Part shown: positions 53,059-62,779 of the stretch, in pieces | Layout of the letters: each line of letters opens with the position of its first letter | Position numbering within the stretch: position 1 is the first letter of the stretch | Program-made: the position numbers and the translations under genes | Origin: Myxococcota bacterium | Lineage (GTDB): Bacteria > Myxococcota_A > Polyangia > Polyangiales > Houyiibacteriaceae | Assembly: GCA_048623775.1 (NCBI GenBank) | Contig: JBMCXW010000004.1 | Span: forward strand, 14,406-78,405 | Reading direction: 5' to 3' | DNA: 64,000 nt | The notes under the pieces: generated by a model | What the model saw: only the letters and a program-made list of their open reading frames with translations | The model's database searches: none | Told to the model about the DNA's origin: nothing

Positions 53059-55872
53059 ATGGCCCCGCCCGCGCGCTACGTCGTCGGAATCGACCTCGGC
53101 ACCACCCACACGGTGGTGGCCTACGCGGATACGCTCGGCGATGGCGAGGTGCCCCCGATCCGCCCGTTCGACGTGGAGCAGCTCGTGGCCCCGGGGGAAG
53201 TGGCCCCGCGCCCTCTGCTGCCGTCGGTCCGCTACCACCCGGCGGAGGGGGAGCTCCCTCCCGAGGCCACCGTGCTGCCGTGGGCGCCGCCGCACGAGGA
53301 AGGGCCGGCCGCGGTTCTGGGAGAGCTCGCGCTCGAGCTCGGCGGCAAGGTGCCCGGCCGGCTGGTGACGAGCGCCAAGAGCTGGCTGTCGCACGCCGCG
53401 GTGGACCGCACGGCCGATATCCTCCCGTGGGGAGCACCGGCGGAGGTGCCGAAGGTCTCCCCCGTGGCCGCCAGCGCCAGCTACCTCGCCCACGTGCGCC
53501 GCGACTGGGACCGCCGGTTCCCCGATCATCCCCTGGCCGAGCAGGAGGTGGTGCTCACGGTTCCGGCCTCGTTCGACGAGGCGGCCCGTGCCCTCACCCT
53601 CCGCGCCGCACGGCAGGCGGGGCTCCCGAAGGTTCGGCTCGTGGAGGAGCCTCAGGCCGCCTTCTACGCGTGGCTGGACCGTCACCGCGACGCGCTGGAA
53701 GGGGCCCTCGAAGGCGTGCGGCTCGCGGTGGTGGTGGACGTGGGCGGAGGCACCACGGACCTGACCTTGATCAAGGTGGAGCTTCGGGGCGACTCCGACG
53801 AGGACGAGAGCCCCCGCGTTCGGCTCACCCGTATCGCGGTGGGGGAGCACCTGATGCTCGGCGGGGACAACATGGACCTCGCGCTGGCGAAGCGGGTCGA
53901 GGAGCGGGTGAGCAAGGACAAGCCCCTCGGGTCTGCGCGCTTCCACCAGCTCGTGCAGCAGTGCCGGGTGGCCAAGGAGCGGCTGCTCGCCGAGGATGCC
54001 CCGGACGAGGTGCGGGTGACGGTGCTCGGGTCGGGCAGCAAGCTCGTCGGGGGCGCGGTCTCCACGGCCATCGGGCGGGAGGAGGTGCGCAACCTGGTCC
54101 TCGACGGGTTCCTGCCCCCGGTCGGCGCGGAGGTGCGACCCGCGCGGCGCCGCACCGGCATCGTGGAGTTCGGGCTGCCCTACGCGCCAGACCCCGGCAT
54201 CACGCGGCACCTCGCGGAGTTCGTAGGGCGGCACCAGGAGCTGGCGCGCGATGCGCTCGGGATGCGAACGGCGGCGTTGGCGGTACCCGACGCGGTTCTG
54301 TTCAACGGGGGTGTCTTCCGAAGCGCGGCGCTCGCCGACCGCGTGACGGATGTGCTCGCCAAATGGCGGGGGGCGCCTCCGGTGGTCCTCGGTAACGACG
54401 ACCCGGACCGGGCGGTGTCGCGCGGCGCCGTCGCCTACGGCCTCGCACGCCGCGGCATGGGGGTGCGGATCGGTGGGGGGTCGCCGCGCAGCTACTTCGT
54501 GGTCGCCGAGGGGTCGAAGGCCGAGCCGGGGAGGCAGGGTGTGTGCGTGCTCCCCAAGGGTGCGGAGGAGGGCGAGGAGATCGCCCTCGAGGGCCGGACC
54601 TTCTCGCTACGGCTCGGCCGGCCGGTGCGCTTCCACCTGATGTCCTCCACCTCGGACGTGCAGTACGTGCGGCCGGGCGACGTGGTCCCGCTGCAGGATG
54701 GCGAGCGCTATCACGCGCTGCCTCCCATCGCGGCGGTGCTCGAGGACGACCGGGGCACGGAGGGCGAGCTGCCCGTGCGCCTCGCCGCCGCGCTCACGGA
54801 GGTGGGCACCCTGGAGATGAGCTGCGTCGCAGCGGACGATCCGGCGAGGCGATGGAAGCTCGAGTTCCAGCTCCGGGGCGCCGGGGCGGCCGACGGCACC
54901 GACGCCCAGCGGGTGGGGCAACTGCATCCGCGATTCGCCGAGGCCACCGAACGCGTCCGCGAGGTCTACGGCAAGAGCCGAAAGGACGTCTCGCAGCGCC
55001 CAGTGAAGCGACTGCGGCCGGACCTGGAGAAGATCCTCGGGTCGCGCGAAGGCTGGGACACCCCCCTGCTGCGCGAGCTGTTCGGTGCGCTCTTCGCCGG
55101 CGTGCGCCGACGTCGCCGCTCCGCCGACCACGAGCGCATCTGGTTCAACCTCGTCGGCTACACCCTGCGACCGGGGTTCGGCTACCCCCTCGACGAATGG
55201 CGGGTGAAGCAGCTCGTGGGCGTGCTCGACGAGGGCGTCCAGTTCGTCCCCGAGGCGCAGAATTGGTCCGAGTGGTGGACGATGTGGCGGAGGGTGGCGG
55301 GGGGCCTCGGGCCGGAGGTGCAGCAGAAGCTGCTCGCCGAGATCGAGTTCTATCTGCAGCCGCCGGCGGACAAGCCCCGGCCCCGTCCGCCCGGCCCCCG
55401 CAAGCTCGGCGAGGACGACATGGTGCGGCTCGCCGGGTCGCTCGAGCACGTCGCCGCGGACCGCAAGGCCCAGGTGGGTGGCTGGCTCGTGGAACGGCTG
55501 GTGCGCCACGGCGACAACCCGCAGGGCTGGTGGGCCGTCGGCCGGCTGGGCGCACGAGTGCCGTTCTACGGCAGCGCACACAACGTGGTGCCCCGGACGG
55601 TGGCCACCGAATGGCTCCGGCGGTGCCTGGAGGCGGACTGGAAGGCCGCGCCCCAGGCGCCCTTCGCCGCCACCCTGCTCGCGCGCGCCAGCGGCGACCG
55701 CGAGCGCGACCTGGATCCCGATCTACGGGGGCGGGTGGCCAAACGGCTCGAAGGGGCCCGCGCCCCCGATTCGTGGGTGCGGATGGTGCGCGAGGTCACG
55801 CACCTGGAGGCCGAGGATGAACGCCGCGTCTTCGGTGAATCGCTACCACCGGGGCTCCGGCTGCTCGACTGA
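53059..55872 (+). CDS. Atypical Hsp70-family ATPase, long form (about 937 aa), paralogue of 44199..46040 with a C-terminal ~330-aa extension
   Basis: GIDLGTTHTVVA, VVLTVPASFD, EEPQAAFYAW, VDVGGGTTDLT, LGGDNMDLALA. Shares PVRFHLM / LTEVGTLEMSCV / WKLEFQLR with the short paralogue. Trp-rich helical tail. Confidence 0.85.
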   Translation: MAPPARYVVGIDLGTTHTVVAYADTLGDGEVPPIRPFDVEQLVAPGEVAPRPLLPSVRYHPAEGELPPEATVLPWAPPHEEGPAAVLGELALELGGKVPGRLVTSAKSWLSHAAVDRTADILPWGAPAEVPKVSPVAASASYLAHVRRDWDRRFPDHPLAEQEVVLTVPASFDEAARALTLRAARQAGLPKVRLVEEPQAAFYAWLDRHRDALEGALEGVRLAVVVDVGGGTTDLTLIKVELRGDSDEDESPRVRLTRIAVGEHLMLGGDNMDLALAKRVEERVSKDKPLGSARFHQLVQQCRVAKERLLAEDAPDEVRVTVLGSGSKLVGGAVSTAIGREEVRNLVLDGFLPPVGAEVRPARRRTGIVEFGLPYAPDPGITRHLAEFVGRHQELARDALGMRTAALAVPDAVLFNGGVFRSAALADRVTDVLAKWRGAPPVVLGNDDPDRAVSRGAVAYGLARRGMGVRIGGGSPRSYFVVAEGSKAEPGRQGVCVLPKGAEEGEEIALEGRTFSLRLGRPVRFHLMSSTSDVQYVRPGDVVPLQDGERYHALPPIAAVLEDDRGTEGELPVRLAAALTEVGTLEMSCVAADDPARRWKLEFQLRGAGAADGTDAQRVGQLHPRFAEATERVREVYGKSRKDVSQRPVKRLRPDLEKILGSREGWDTPLLRELFGALFAGVRRRRRSADHERIWFNLVGYTLRPGFGYPLDEWRVKQLVGVLDEGVQFVPEAQNWSEWWTMWRRVAGGLGPEVQQKLLAEIEFYLQPPADKPRPRPPGPRKLGEDDMVRLAGSLEHVAADRKAQVGGWLVERLVRHGDNPQGWWAVGRLGARVPFYGSAHNVVPRTVATEWLRRCLEADWKAAPQAPFAATLLARASGDRERDLDPDLRGRVAKRLEGARAPDSWVRMVREVTHLEAEDERRVFGESLPPGLRLLD

Positions 55873-55918
55873 GCCCCGGCGTTGCCCTGGGGCGGCCTGT
55901 GATGAAACACTGCAATCC

Positions 55919-58489
55919 ATGCGTGCTTGGCATGGGCGGGCATGGTCGCTCGCTTGTTCTCTCTATTTCATGTCTGCGTGCGGCGGGAGCGGTAGCGAGG
56001 AGCTGCCCGACTCCTGGTCGCTCCACGGGCCCGGGCTGACGGTGGAAGTCACCGCCGACCCCTACGGCTACACGGTTCGCGACGCGGACGGCACCGTGGT
56101 CCTCTCCACGATGGCGGGAGGCGATGCAGAGGGTTACGCGCCGGTGGCCTGGACCACGGGTAGGACCCATTGGCAACAGGGCTTGCTCACCAAGGGCCAC
56201 TACACCTTCGCCTTCGACGGGGATCCCTGGCGAGAGGGCTTCCACGCGGTCGAAGCCCGCGAGCCGGCCGACGGCACCCTCGAGCTCGTGCTCGACGGAC
56301 CGGAAGGGCCGATCGTCGTGACCCACGAGGTCGGCCCCTCCACCCTCCGGGTGCATGCCCGCCGGCAGGACGGGGAAACTCCGCGGGCTTGGGCGGCGGC
56401 GTTCGCCACGCCGGAGGACGAGGGCTTCCTGGGCTTCGGCGAACGGTTCAACCGAACCGATCAGCGCGGGGTCGACGTCTACGCATGGGCCGAGGAGGGG
56501 GGCGTCGGCACGGGCGAGGGCGAGGTGGCGGGTCCGGGCAACCCGGAGCCGAACGGCGAGGCGATGACGTATTTCCCAGTCCCGTTCTTCGTCTCGACGG
56601 AGGGGTACGGGTTCTGGCTCGACAGCACCTGGCGCAACGAGTTCAACCTGGCGACCGAGCGGGACGACGCATGGCGCGTCTGGCACCTCGGCCCGGAGCT
56701 CGCCTACGAGGTCTACGTGCCGATTCCCGAGGACGAGCGGCCGTGGCCGTACCACCTCGTGGACCTGTTCACCGCCCGCACCGGTCGACCCATGCTACCG
56801 CCGGCCTGGACGCTGGGCCCCCGGCGCCGCATCAACAGCGGCGACATGCAGGTGGTGGACGGCGTGGAGATGCACGAAATCGAGGCCATGCGGGCCCTGG
56901 ACCTGGCGATCACCGGCGTCGACGACTCGGTGCACTTCCTCCCCAAGGGAAGGCACGTCGGCCGCGAAGCGGAGCTGGCCGAGTGGGTGCAGGACGGACA
57001 CGACCTGGGCTACCGCATGAACTGCTATTACAATTCCCTCTTCGCCGTTCCGAGCACCGAGGACAGCGCCCTGGTGGACGTGGTGCGCGAAGGGCTCGAC
57101 GCGGGGCACTTCCTCGAGGACGCGGAGGGGGAACCCATCGAGGTGTCCCTCATCAGCGGAGGCTTCACCGCAGTCCTACAGCTCGACTTCACCGACGACG
57201 CGGCCACCACCTGGTACCAGGACAAGCTCGATTGGGCGCTGGACCTGGGATACGACGGTTGGATGTACGACTTCGGCGAGTACGTGCAGCCGGAGACGCT
57301 GGCGGCGAACGGGATGACCGGCGAGGAGCTGCACAACCTCTATCCGGTGCTCTACCAGCGGGCGGCGCACGAGGCGCTCGAGGAGTCGCCCATCGCCGGA
57401 GCCTGGCTCGCCTTCGCGCGCAGCGGGTACACCGGCAGCCAGCAGTGGGCCCCCATGATCTGGAGCGGCGATCCCGCCGCCTCCTTCGAGGACTCGGACG
57501 GGCTCCCGAGCATGCCCCGCGCGGGGATCAACCTCGGCGTCAGCGGGGTTCCACAGTGGGGCGGCGACATCGGCGGATTCCACTGCGCGGTGGACGGAGC
57601 CGCCGCCGCCGACGGCGAGCTGATGACCCGATGGATCCAGCAGGGGGCCATGTCCCCGAACATGCAGGACCAGGACGCGTGCTCGTTGTCGAACGACGAA
57701 GCGGAGAAGGCCAGCATCTGGACCGCGCCGGAGGCCATGGAAGCGTGGCGCACCTACGCCCGCCTCCACACCCGGCTGTTCCCCTACCTCTGGGCCCTGG
57801 CCCACGAAGCGCACGCCACGGGTGCCCCCTACATGCGCCACGTGTTCCTCGAGCATCCCGAGCGCCCCGACCTGGCCGGAGTGGACGGTGCGTACTACTT
57901 CGGCCCAGCTCTATTCGTGGCGCCGGTGGTCGCGCGCGGCCAGGTCGAGAAGACCGTCCAGCTACCGGAGGGGTGGTACCTGGACTGGCGCGACGGCGTG
58001 CTCCTCGCGGGCGGGGGCGAGGTGACCTTGGACGCCCCCCTCGACAAGCTGCCCCTGCTCCTGCGCGACGGCTACCTGATCCCCATGCTCGACCCGCGCA
58101 TCGACACCTTGATGGAAGAGTCGCACACCGGAACGGTCGGCGACTCCGGCGATGTCGTCGGGCCGACGGACGTGGCGGACGTGTACGACGTGGTGGGCCT
58201 GCTGTCCACCGACACCGGGGCGGCCCACTTCGTGCTGGCGGACGGGGGCACCCTCGAGGCCACCTGGACGGGAGGCTTCTCCCCGCCCGACCTGGCGGAG
58301 GTGGGCGATCCGGCGGAGCTCGCCGACTGCGAGGGCGGCTGCTACCACGTGGACGACACCTCCATCGACGGGGTGACGCGCGTGCGGATCACCCACGACG
58401 AGGGAGCGAGCGTCGCGGCCGGGGGTCTCTCCGTCGGGAGCACGGACGTGGACCGCCGGATCCGCTGGGATCTCTACCTCGTCGAATAG
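55919..58489 (+). CDS. Glycoside hydrolase family 31 lipoprotein (alpha-glucosidase/xylosidase-like)
   Basis: Lipobox YFMSACGG. GYDGWMYDFGEY (nucleophile-region motif resembling YicI KTDFGE). WSGDPAASF. 856 aa. Confidence 0.8.
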   Translation: MRAWHGRAWSLACSLYFMSACGGSGSEELPDSWSLHGPGLTVEVTADPYGYTVRDADGTVVLSTMAGGDAEGYAPVAWTTGRTHWQQGLLTKGHYTFAFDGDPWREGFHAVEAREPADGTLELVLDGPEGPIVVTHEVGPSTLRVHARRQDGETPRAWAAAFATPEDEGFLGFGERFNRTDQRGVDVYAWAEEGGVGTGEGEVAGPGNPEPNGEAMTYFPVPFFVSTEGYGFWLDSTWRNEFNLATERDDAWRVWHLGPELAYEVYVPIPEDERPWPYHLVDLFTARTGRPMLPPAWTLGPRRRINSGDMQVVDGVEMHEIEAMRALDLAITGVDDSVHFLPKGRHVGREAELAEWVQDGHDLGYRMNCYYNSLFAVPSTEDSALVDVVREGLDAGHFLEDAEGEPIEVSLISGGFTAVLQLDFTDDAATTWYQDKLDWALDLGYDGWMYDFGEYVQPETLAANGMTGEELHNLYPVLYQRAAHEALEESPIAGAWLAFARSGYTGSQQWAPMIWSGDPAASFEDSDGLPSMPRAGINLGVSGVPQWGGDIGGFHCAVDGAAAADGELMTRWIQQGAMSPNMQDQDACSLSNDEAEKASIWTAPEAMEAWRTYARLHTRLFPYLWALAHEAHATGAPYMRHVFLEHPERPDLAGVDGAYYFGPALFVAPVVARGQVEKTVQLPEGWYLDWRDGVLLAGGGEVTLDAPLDKLPLLLRDGYLIPMLDPRIDTLMEESHTGTVGDSGDVVGPTDVADVYDVVGLLSTDTGAAHFVLADGGTLEATWTGGFSPPDLAEVGDPAELADCEGGCYHVDDTSIDGVTRVRITHDEGASVAAGGLSVGSTDVDRRIRWDLYLVE

Positions 58490-58504
58490 CGGCGGGCACA
58501 TACC

Positions 58505-58533
58505 TTGACTCTGGGAGACGGCACCGCTTCAAT
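58505..58533 (+). promoter_or_regulatory. Sigma-70-like promoter candidate (TTGACT-17 nt-TTCAAT)
   Basis: -35 at 58505-58510, -10 at 58528-58533, in a locally AT-richer patch. RBS GAAGAGGAG before ATG 58558. Confidence 0.35.
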
Positions 58534-58557
58534 GGGCCGGCCTGCGAAGAGGAGTCG

Positions 58558-60222
58558 ATGTTCGCGGTAGTCATCACCGAAAAGGGAGGCGCGCAGCGGC
58601 GGGTGGAGTTCGACAAGAACGAGGTCACCATCGGCCGCGTTCAAGGCAACGACATCATCCTGCCCAAGGGCAACGTTTCCAAGCGTCACTCCCGCATCGT
58701 CCTCAAGGACGACCGCTTCATCGTCGTCGACCTCAAGAGCACCAACGGCACGTACGTCAACGGGCGCAAGATCACCTCGCCCCTCGTGATCAAGCCCGGC
58801 GACAAGATCTACATCGGCGATTTCATCCTGGCGATCGAGGGAACGGAGCTCCCCGAAGAGGTGGACGAGGGGGCGGTGGAAGAGCTCCCGTCGAATCCGG
58901 CCGTGGCCGCGTCTCCCGAGCCGGAGACGCGCACGGCACCACCCGCCACGCCCGCCCGGGAGGAGCGGACCCACCAGCGCACCACCAGCGCCTCTGCGCT
59001 CGAAGGACCGACCGCGCACTATCCGTCGCGCGGCGGCCCGACCGACCCGCGGGCCCTGCGGCCGGATGCCGATCGGGCGCTGAGCCAGCTCATGAAGCGG
59101 GTGGCCACGGTGTTCGACGTCCACAACACCGACGCACGCGCACTTTTCGACGAGGATCGGCGCGCAAGCGCCAAGAGCGCCATCGAGGCCGCCATCCGCG
59201 AGATGGATGGAGAGGGCCTTCTGGACGGCACCGTCGATCGCACATGGCTCGCCGCCGCTGCGGTGCGCGAGGCGGTGGGGCTCGGGGACCTGGAGCCCCT
59301 GATGGCCAACGAGAACGTGCGCGAGATCGTCGTGGAGACCCCCACGCGGTTCCTGGCGGACATGGGAGGCGGGCTACAGCGGGTGGACGGTCGGTTCTCC
59401 TCGGCGGCGGCGGCCATGACGGTCGCCCAGCGGCTCCTCGGCCAAGCCGGCGAGCCGGTCGATCCCAAGGCCCCCATCCGCGAGATGGCCTTGCCCCACG
59501 GCCCCCACGTCACGGTCGTGCAGCCGCCGGTCGCGGTCCATGGTCCGGTGATCGAGATCCGGCGGATGGCCCCCGGCCTGTCGATGGACGACCTGGTCCA
59601 TCTGGGGGCGCTGTCCGAAGAGATGCGCGCGCTGCTGGCGCGGGCGGTGGGAGCTCACCGGCACGTGGTCGTGGTGGGGCCGGCCGGCAGCGGCGTGACC
59701 ACCGTCCTCGGCGCCCTCGCCTCGCTGGTGCCCGGCGAGGAGCGGATCCTGACGGTGGAGGCCGTCCCCGACCTCTCCATCGGCCGCGAGTCCGTCGTGT
59801 CCCTTTCCTCCGGTGGAACGGGCCGCATCGACCTGCGGGAGCTCATCCAAAAGGCCACCCTCCTGCGGGCGGACCGCTTGGTGATCGACGACCTCCGCGG
59901 CGCCGAGCTCCTCGACGCCCTCGCGGCCCTGTCGGCACGCCAGGGAGGCGGGCTGCTCGGTGTGCACGCCGCGCTGGAGGGAGGGCCGGTCGACGCGCTC
60001 CGGACCCTCGCCCGACTCGAGCGCCAGGTGCCCGATGCCACCCTCCACACCCTGTTGGCACGGGGTGCCCACCTGCTCGTCCAGGTGGCTCGGACCGACG
60101 ACGGCAGGCGCCGCGTCGTCGGCATCTCGGAGACCGTGCCCACCGCGGGCGGCACCAAGACTCGGGACCTTTTCGCGTACGACGGTGGCTTCTCCGCCAC
60201 CGGTCAGCGTCCCTCGTTCTGA
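58558..60222 (+). CDS. FHA domain + CpaF/VirB11-like secretion-ATPase domain with degenerate Walker A/B
   Basis: FHA: TIGRVQGNDIILPKGNVSKRHSRIVL...STNGTYVNG. Disordered linker. ATPase fold with P-loop GPAGSGVTT (Val codon 59695-59697 where Lys is expected) and DRLVIDDLRG in place of DRIIVGEIRG. Confidence 0.85.
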   Translation: MFAVVITEKGGAQRRVEFDKNEVTIGRVQGNDIILPKGNVSKRHSRIVLKDDRFIVVDLKSTNGTYVNGRKITSPLVIKPGDKIYIGDFILAIEGTELPEEVDEGAVEELPSNPAVAASPEPETRTAPPATPAREERTHQRTTSASALEGPTAHYPSRGGPTDPRALRPDADRALSQLMKRVATVFDVHNTDARALFDEDRRASAKSAIEAAIREMDGEGLLDGTVDRTWLAAAAVREAVGLGDLEPLMANENVREIVVETPTRFLADMGGGLQRVDGRFSSAAAAMTVAQRLLGQAGEPVDPKAPIREMALPHGPHVTVVQPPVAVHGPVIEIRRMAPGLSMDDLVHLGALSEEMRALLARAVGAHRHVVVVGPAGSGVTTVLGALASLVPGEERILTVEAVPDLSIGRESVVSLSSGGTGRIDLRELIQKATLLRADRLVIDDLRGAELLDALAALSARQGGGLLGVHAALEGGPVDALRTLARLERQVPDATLHTLLARGAHLLVQVARTDDGRRRVVGISETVPTAGGTKTRDLFAYDGGFSATGQRPSF

Positions 60223-61049
60223 CTTCGGGCCGGGTCCCCTCGGAGCAGCGGCGGCGGGTTGCTGGGACGCGCCCAGTAGTAGCCCTGGCCGTAGTGGACC
60301 CCCGCTGCGCGCGCCGCCTCGGCTTCCTCGGCCGTCTCGATGCCCTCCGCCACCACGCGGGCTCCCAGGTCCTCGCAAAGCCGCACGATGGAAGCCACCA
60401 GCCGGTGCTGCCTCGTGTCGTGCCGGACCTCGCGCATCAGGCCGCGGTCGAGCTTGACGATCTCGGGCGACAGGTCCGCGATGTACTTGAGGTTCGAGTA
60501 CCCCGCCCCGAGGTCGTCGATGGCCAGGTGGATCCCTTTGTGCCGCACCTCGTCGAGGACGCTCCGGCAGAGCTCGAAGTGCGACAGGGGGACCGACTCC
60601 GTGATCTCGAGGTAGACGGGATGCTCGTGCGCGAAAATGGGGTCGTCCGGCCGCACCAGCCATCCCTCGTCGAATTCCGACGGGTGCAGGTTGAGGAACA
60701 GGGGGTGGCCGGGGCACCCCCGGATGGCCATGTCACGGGCGGCGCGGCCCAGCATGCCCATGACCCCGGCTTCCACCGACTGCCGGATGAGCACCTCGGC
60801 GCCCTCGAACGCGCGGGCGTCGCTTCGGATCAGCGCCTCGTAGGCGAAGACCGCGCTGGTTCTCAGGCTGACGATCGGCTGGTAGACGACCTGGATGTGC
60901 CCGTCCGTGAGCACGCCGGGCACCTGGCCGGGGCGCAGGGAGCGGCGCCAGCCGGAACGCGGCTTGCCTTCGCCCTGCACCCAGTCGACGAAGCTCCGTC
61001 CTTGCACCGTTGGAGCACCAGCGGCAGCATCGCCTTTGTCCTCACTCAT
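60204..61049 (-). CDS. Stand-alone EAL-domain c-di-GMP phosphodiesterase
   Basis: YQPIV...YEALIR, NLHPSE, EITES, IDDLGAGYSNL, KLDRG, AEGIET, GQGYYWARP: all catalytic motifs present. 19-bp convergent overlap with the FHA-ATPase gene. Confidence 0.85.
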   Translation of the reverse strand: MSEDKGDAAAGAPTVQGRSFVDWVQGEGKPRSGWRRSLRPGQVPGVLTDGHIQVVYQPIVSLRTSAVFAYEALIRSDARAFEGAEVLIRQSVEAGVMGMLGRAARDMAIRGCPGHPLFLNLHPSEFDEGWLVRPDDPIFAHEHPVYLEITESVPLSHFELCRSVLDEVRHKGIHLAIDDLGAGYSNLKYIADLSPEIVKLDRGLMREVRHDTRQHRLVASIVRLCEDLGARVVAEGIETAEEAEAARAAGVHYGQGYYWARPSNPPPLLRGDPARSQNEGR

Positions 61050-61093
61050 GGCGCCTGCTCGCCTCGGCATGCCCCGGGGCCTCCGTGAACCAG

Positions 61094-61564
61094 ATGCTCA
61101 AACGGCTGATGCTCGGTTTGTTGAAGGGGCTCGTCCTGGGCGCCGCCCTCGGCGGGCTGGTGCACTTCGGGCTCCGGTGGCCCGTCACCCCCGGCCTGGC
61201 CGGATACCTGCTGGCGATGGGCACCGGTGCCACGGCCGGGGTGCTCGCCGGGCGTCCCCCCTGGCGGCGGGAAGCGTGGCTCGAGGGGGCCCTCAAGGCC
61301 TTCGTCGGGCTGGGCTTCGGCCTGCTCCTGTACTGGCTCGCGAGCCGCTTCCTGTCCGCCCCTCTGCCCTTCGATCTGCTCGGCACGCCGCGCACCACGC
61401 CCTGGATCCACCGTCCCATCCTGTACGCACCCATCGTCTCCATGTTGTACGGGGCGCTGGTGGAGCTCGACAACACCCCTCCCGCGAAACCAGGCTCGGG
61501 CCCGGGCACCGTGGATCCGGAGGTGCCCACCGTGGGCGGCGGTTCCCAGACATGGGACACCTGA
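61094..61564 (+). CDS. Hypothetical membrane protein (4 TM)
   Basis: MLKRLMLGLLKGLVLGAALGGLV... followed by further hydrophobic helices; Pro/Gly-rich tail. Confidence 0.55.
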   Translation: MLKRLMLGLLKGLVLGAALGGLVHFGLRWPVTPGLAGYLLAMGTGATAGVLAGRPPWRREAWLEGALKAFVGLGFGLLLYWLASRFLSAPLPFDLLGTPRTTPWIHRPILYAPIVSMLYGALVELDNTPPAKPGSGPGTVDPEVPTVGGGSQTWDT

Positions 61565-61630
61565 GCGCATTGCACCGGCGCCCCGCCGTGGCCATTGATG
61601 GCCCTAGGCAGGGCTGATAGGAGGCATCGA

Positions 61631-62689
61631 ATGGACGCCAAGCACTCCTGGGGACCGCCGCCCGAGAAGGTGATGCCCGGGCTGACACTCGAGCGGCACA
61701 TCATGGACCGCCAGCGGCAGGTGCCGACCGCCACCGGCGATCTGACCGGGCTGCTGCAGCAGATCGGGCTCGCGGCGAAGATCGTCGCGAGCCGGGTCCA
61801 CAAGGCAGGGCTCGCGGGCATCCTCGGCCTCACCGGTGACGTGAACGTCCAAGGGGAGGAGGTTCAGAAGCTGGACGTGTTCGCGAACAACGTCCTGGTG
61901 CGCAGCGTGGAAGGTGGAGGCCATGTGTGCGTCATGGCCAGCGAGGAGGTCCCCGACATCATCCCGGTGCCCGACCGGTACCCCAAGGGCAAGTACGTCC
62001 TCATGTTCGATCCCCTCGACGGCTCGGGGAACATCGACATCAACGCATCCATCGGGACGATCTTCTCCGTCCACCGCCGCAAGAGCGCCGAGGGCGCGGG
62101 CACCCTGGGGGATTGCCTGCAACCCGGGCGGGACATGGTGGCAGCCGGCTACATCATCTACGGGTCGAGCGACATCTTCGTCTACTCGACGGGGGACGGT
62201 GTGCACGGCTTCACCCTCGACCCGTCCATCGGCGAGTTCTTCCTCTCGCACGAGAACATCGTCGTCCCCGAGCGGGGCAGCACCTACTCGATCAACGAAG
62301 GGTATCGGACGCGCTGGGACGACGGCGTGCGCCGGTGGGTGGACCACATGAAGTCGTCGGACCCCGACAACGGCCGCCCCTACTCGCTCCGCTACATCGG
62401 GGCCATGGTGGCGGACTTCCACCGGACCTTGTTGCGCGGGGGCATCTTCGCCTACCCGGGGGACAAGAAGAACCCCAAAGGCAAGCTGCGCCTGCTGTAC
62501 GAGGCCTCTCCGCTCGCCTTCATCGTGGAGGCGGCCGGCGGCGCCGCCACGGACGGGCGGCGCCGCATCCTGGACATCGAGCCGGAGGAGCTGCACCAGC
62601 GCACGCCGCTCTTCATCGGGAGCCGGGAGGACGTGCGGGACGCGGTCCGGCTCATCCACGGCGAGCAGGCCGTCGCCGACGCGGTCTGA
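61631..62689 (+). CDS. fbp: Class 1 fructose-1,6-bisphosphatase
   Basis: [65 protein letters not shown] 61631 has an AGGAGG RBS. ATG 61673 would give the more typical ~338 aa. Confidence 0.9.
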   Translation: MDAKHSWGPPPEKVMPGLTLERHIMDRQRQVPTATGDLTGLLQQIGLAAKIVASRVHKAGLAGILGLTGDVNVQGEEVQKLDVFANNVLVRSVEGGGHVCVMASEEVPDIIPVPDRYPKGKYVLMFDPLDGSGNIDINASIGTIFSVHRRKSAEGAGTLGDCLQPGRDMVAAGYIIYGSSDIFVYSTGDGVHGFTLDPSIGEFFLSHENIVVPERGSTYSINEGYRTRWDDGVRRWVDHMKSSDPDNGRPYSLRYIGAMVADFHRTLLRGGIFAYPGDKKNPKGKLRLLYEASPLAFIVEAAGGAATDGRRRILDIEPEELHQRTPLFIGSREDVRDAVRLIHGEQAVADAV

Positions 62690-62779
62690 GCACCCGTCCA
62701 GGTCCGGCGGGCGGGGGGGCCGGTGAGCCGTGCTGGGAAAGGGGTTCAGGCCGGCCCGGGGCGGTCGTTTGGGCCGTAC

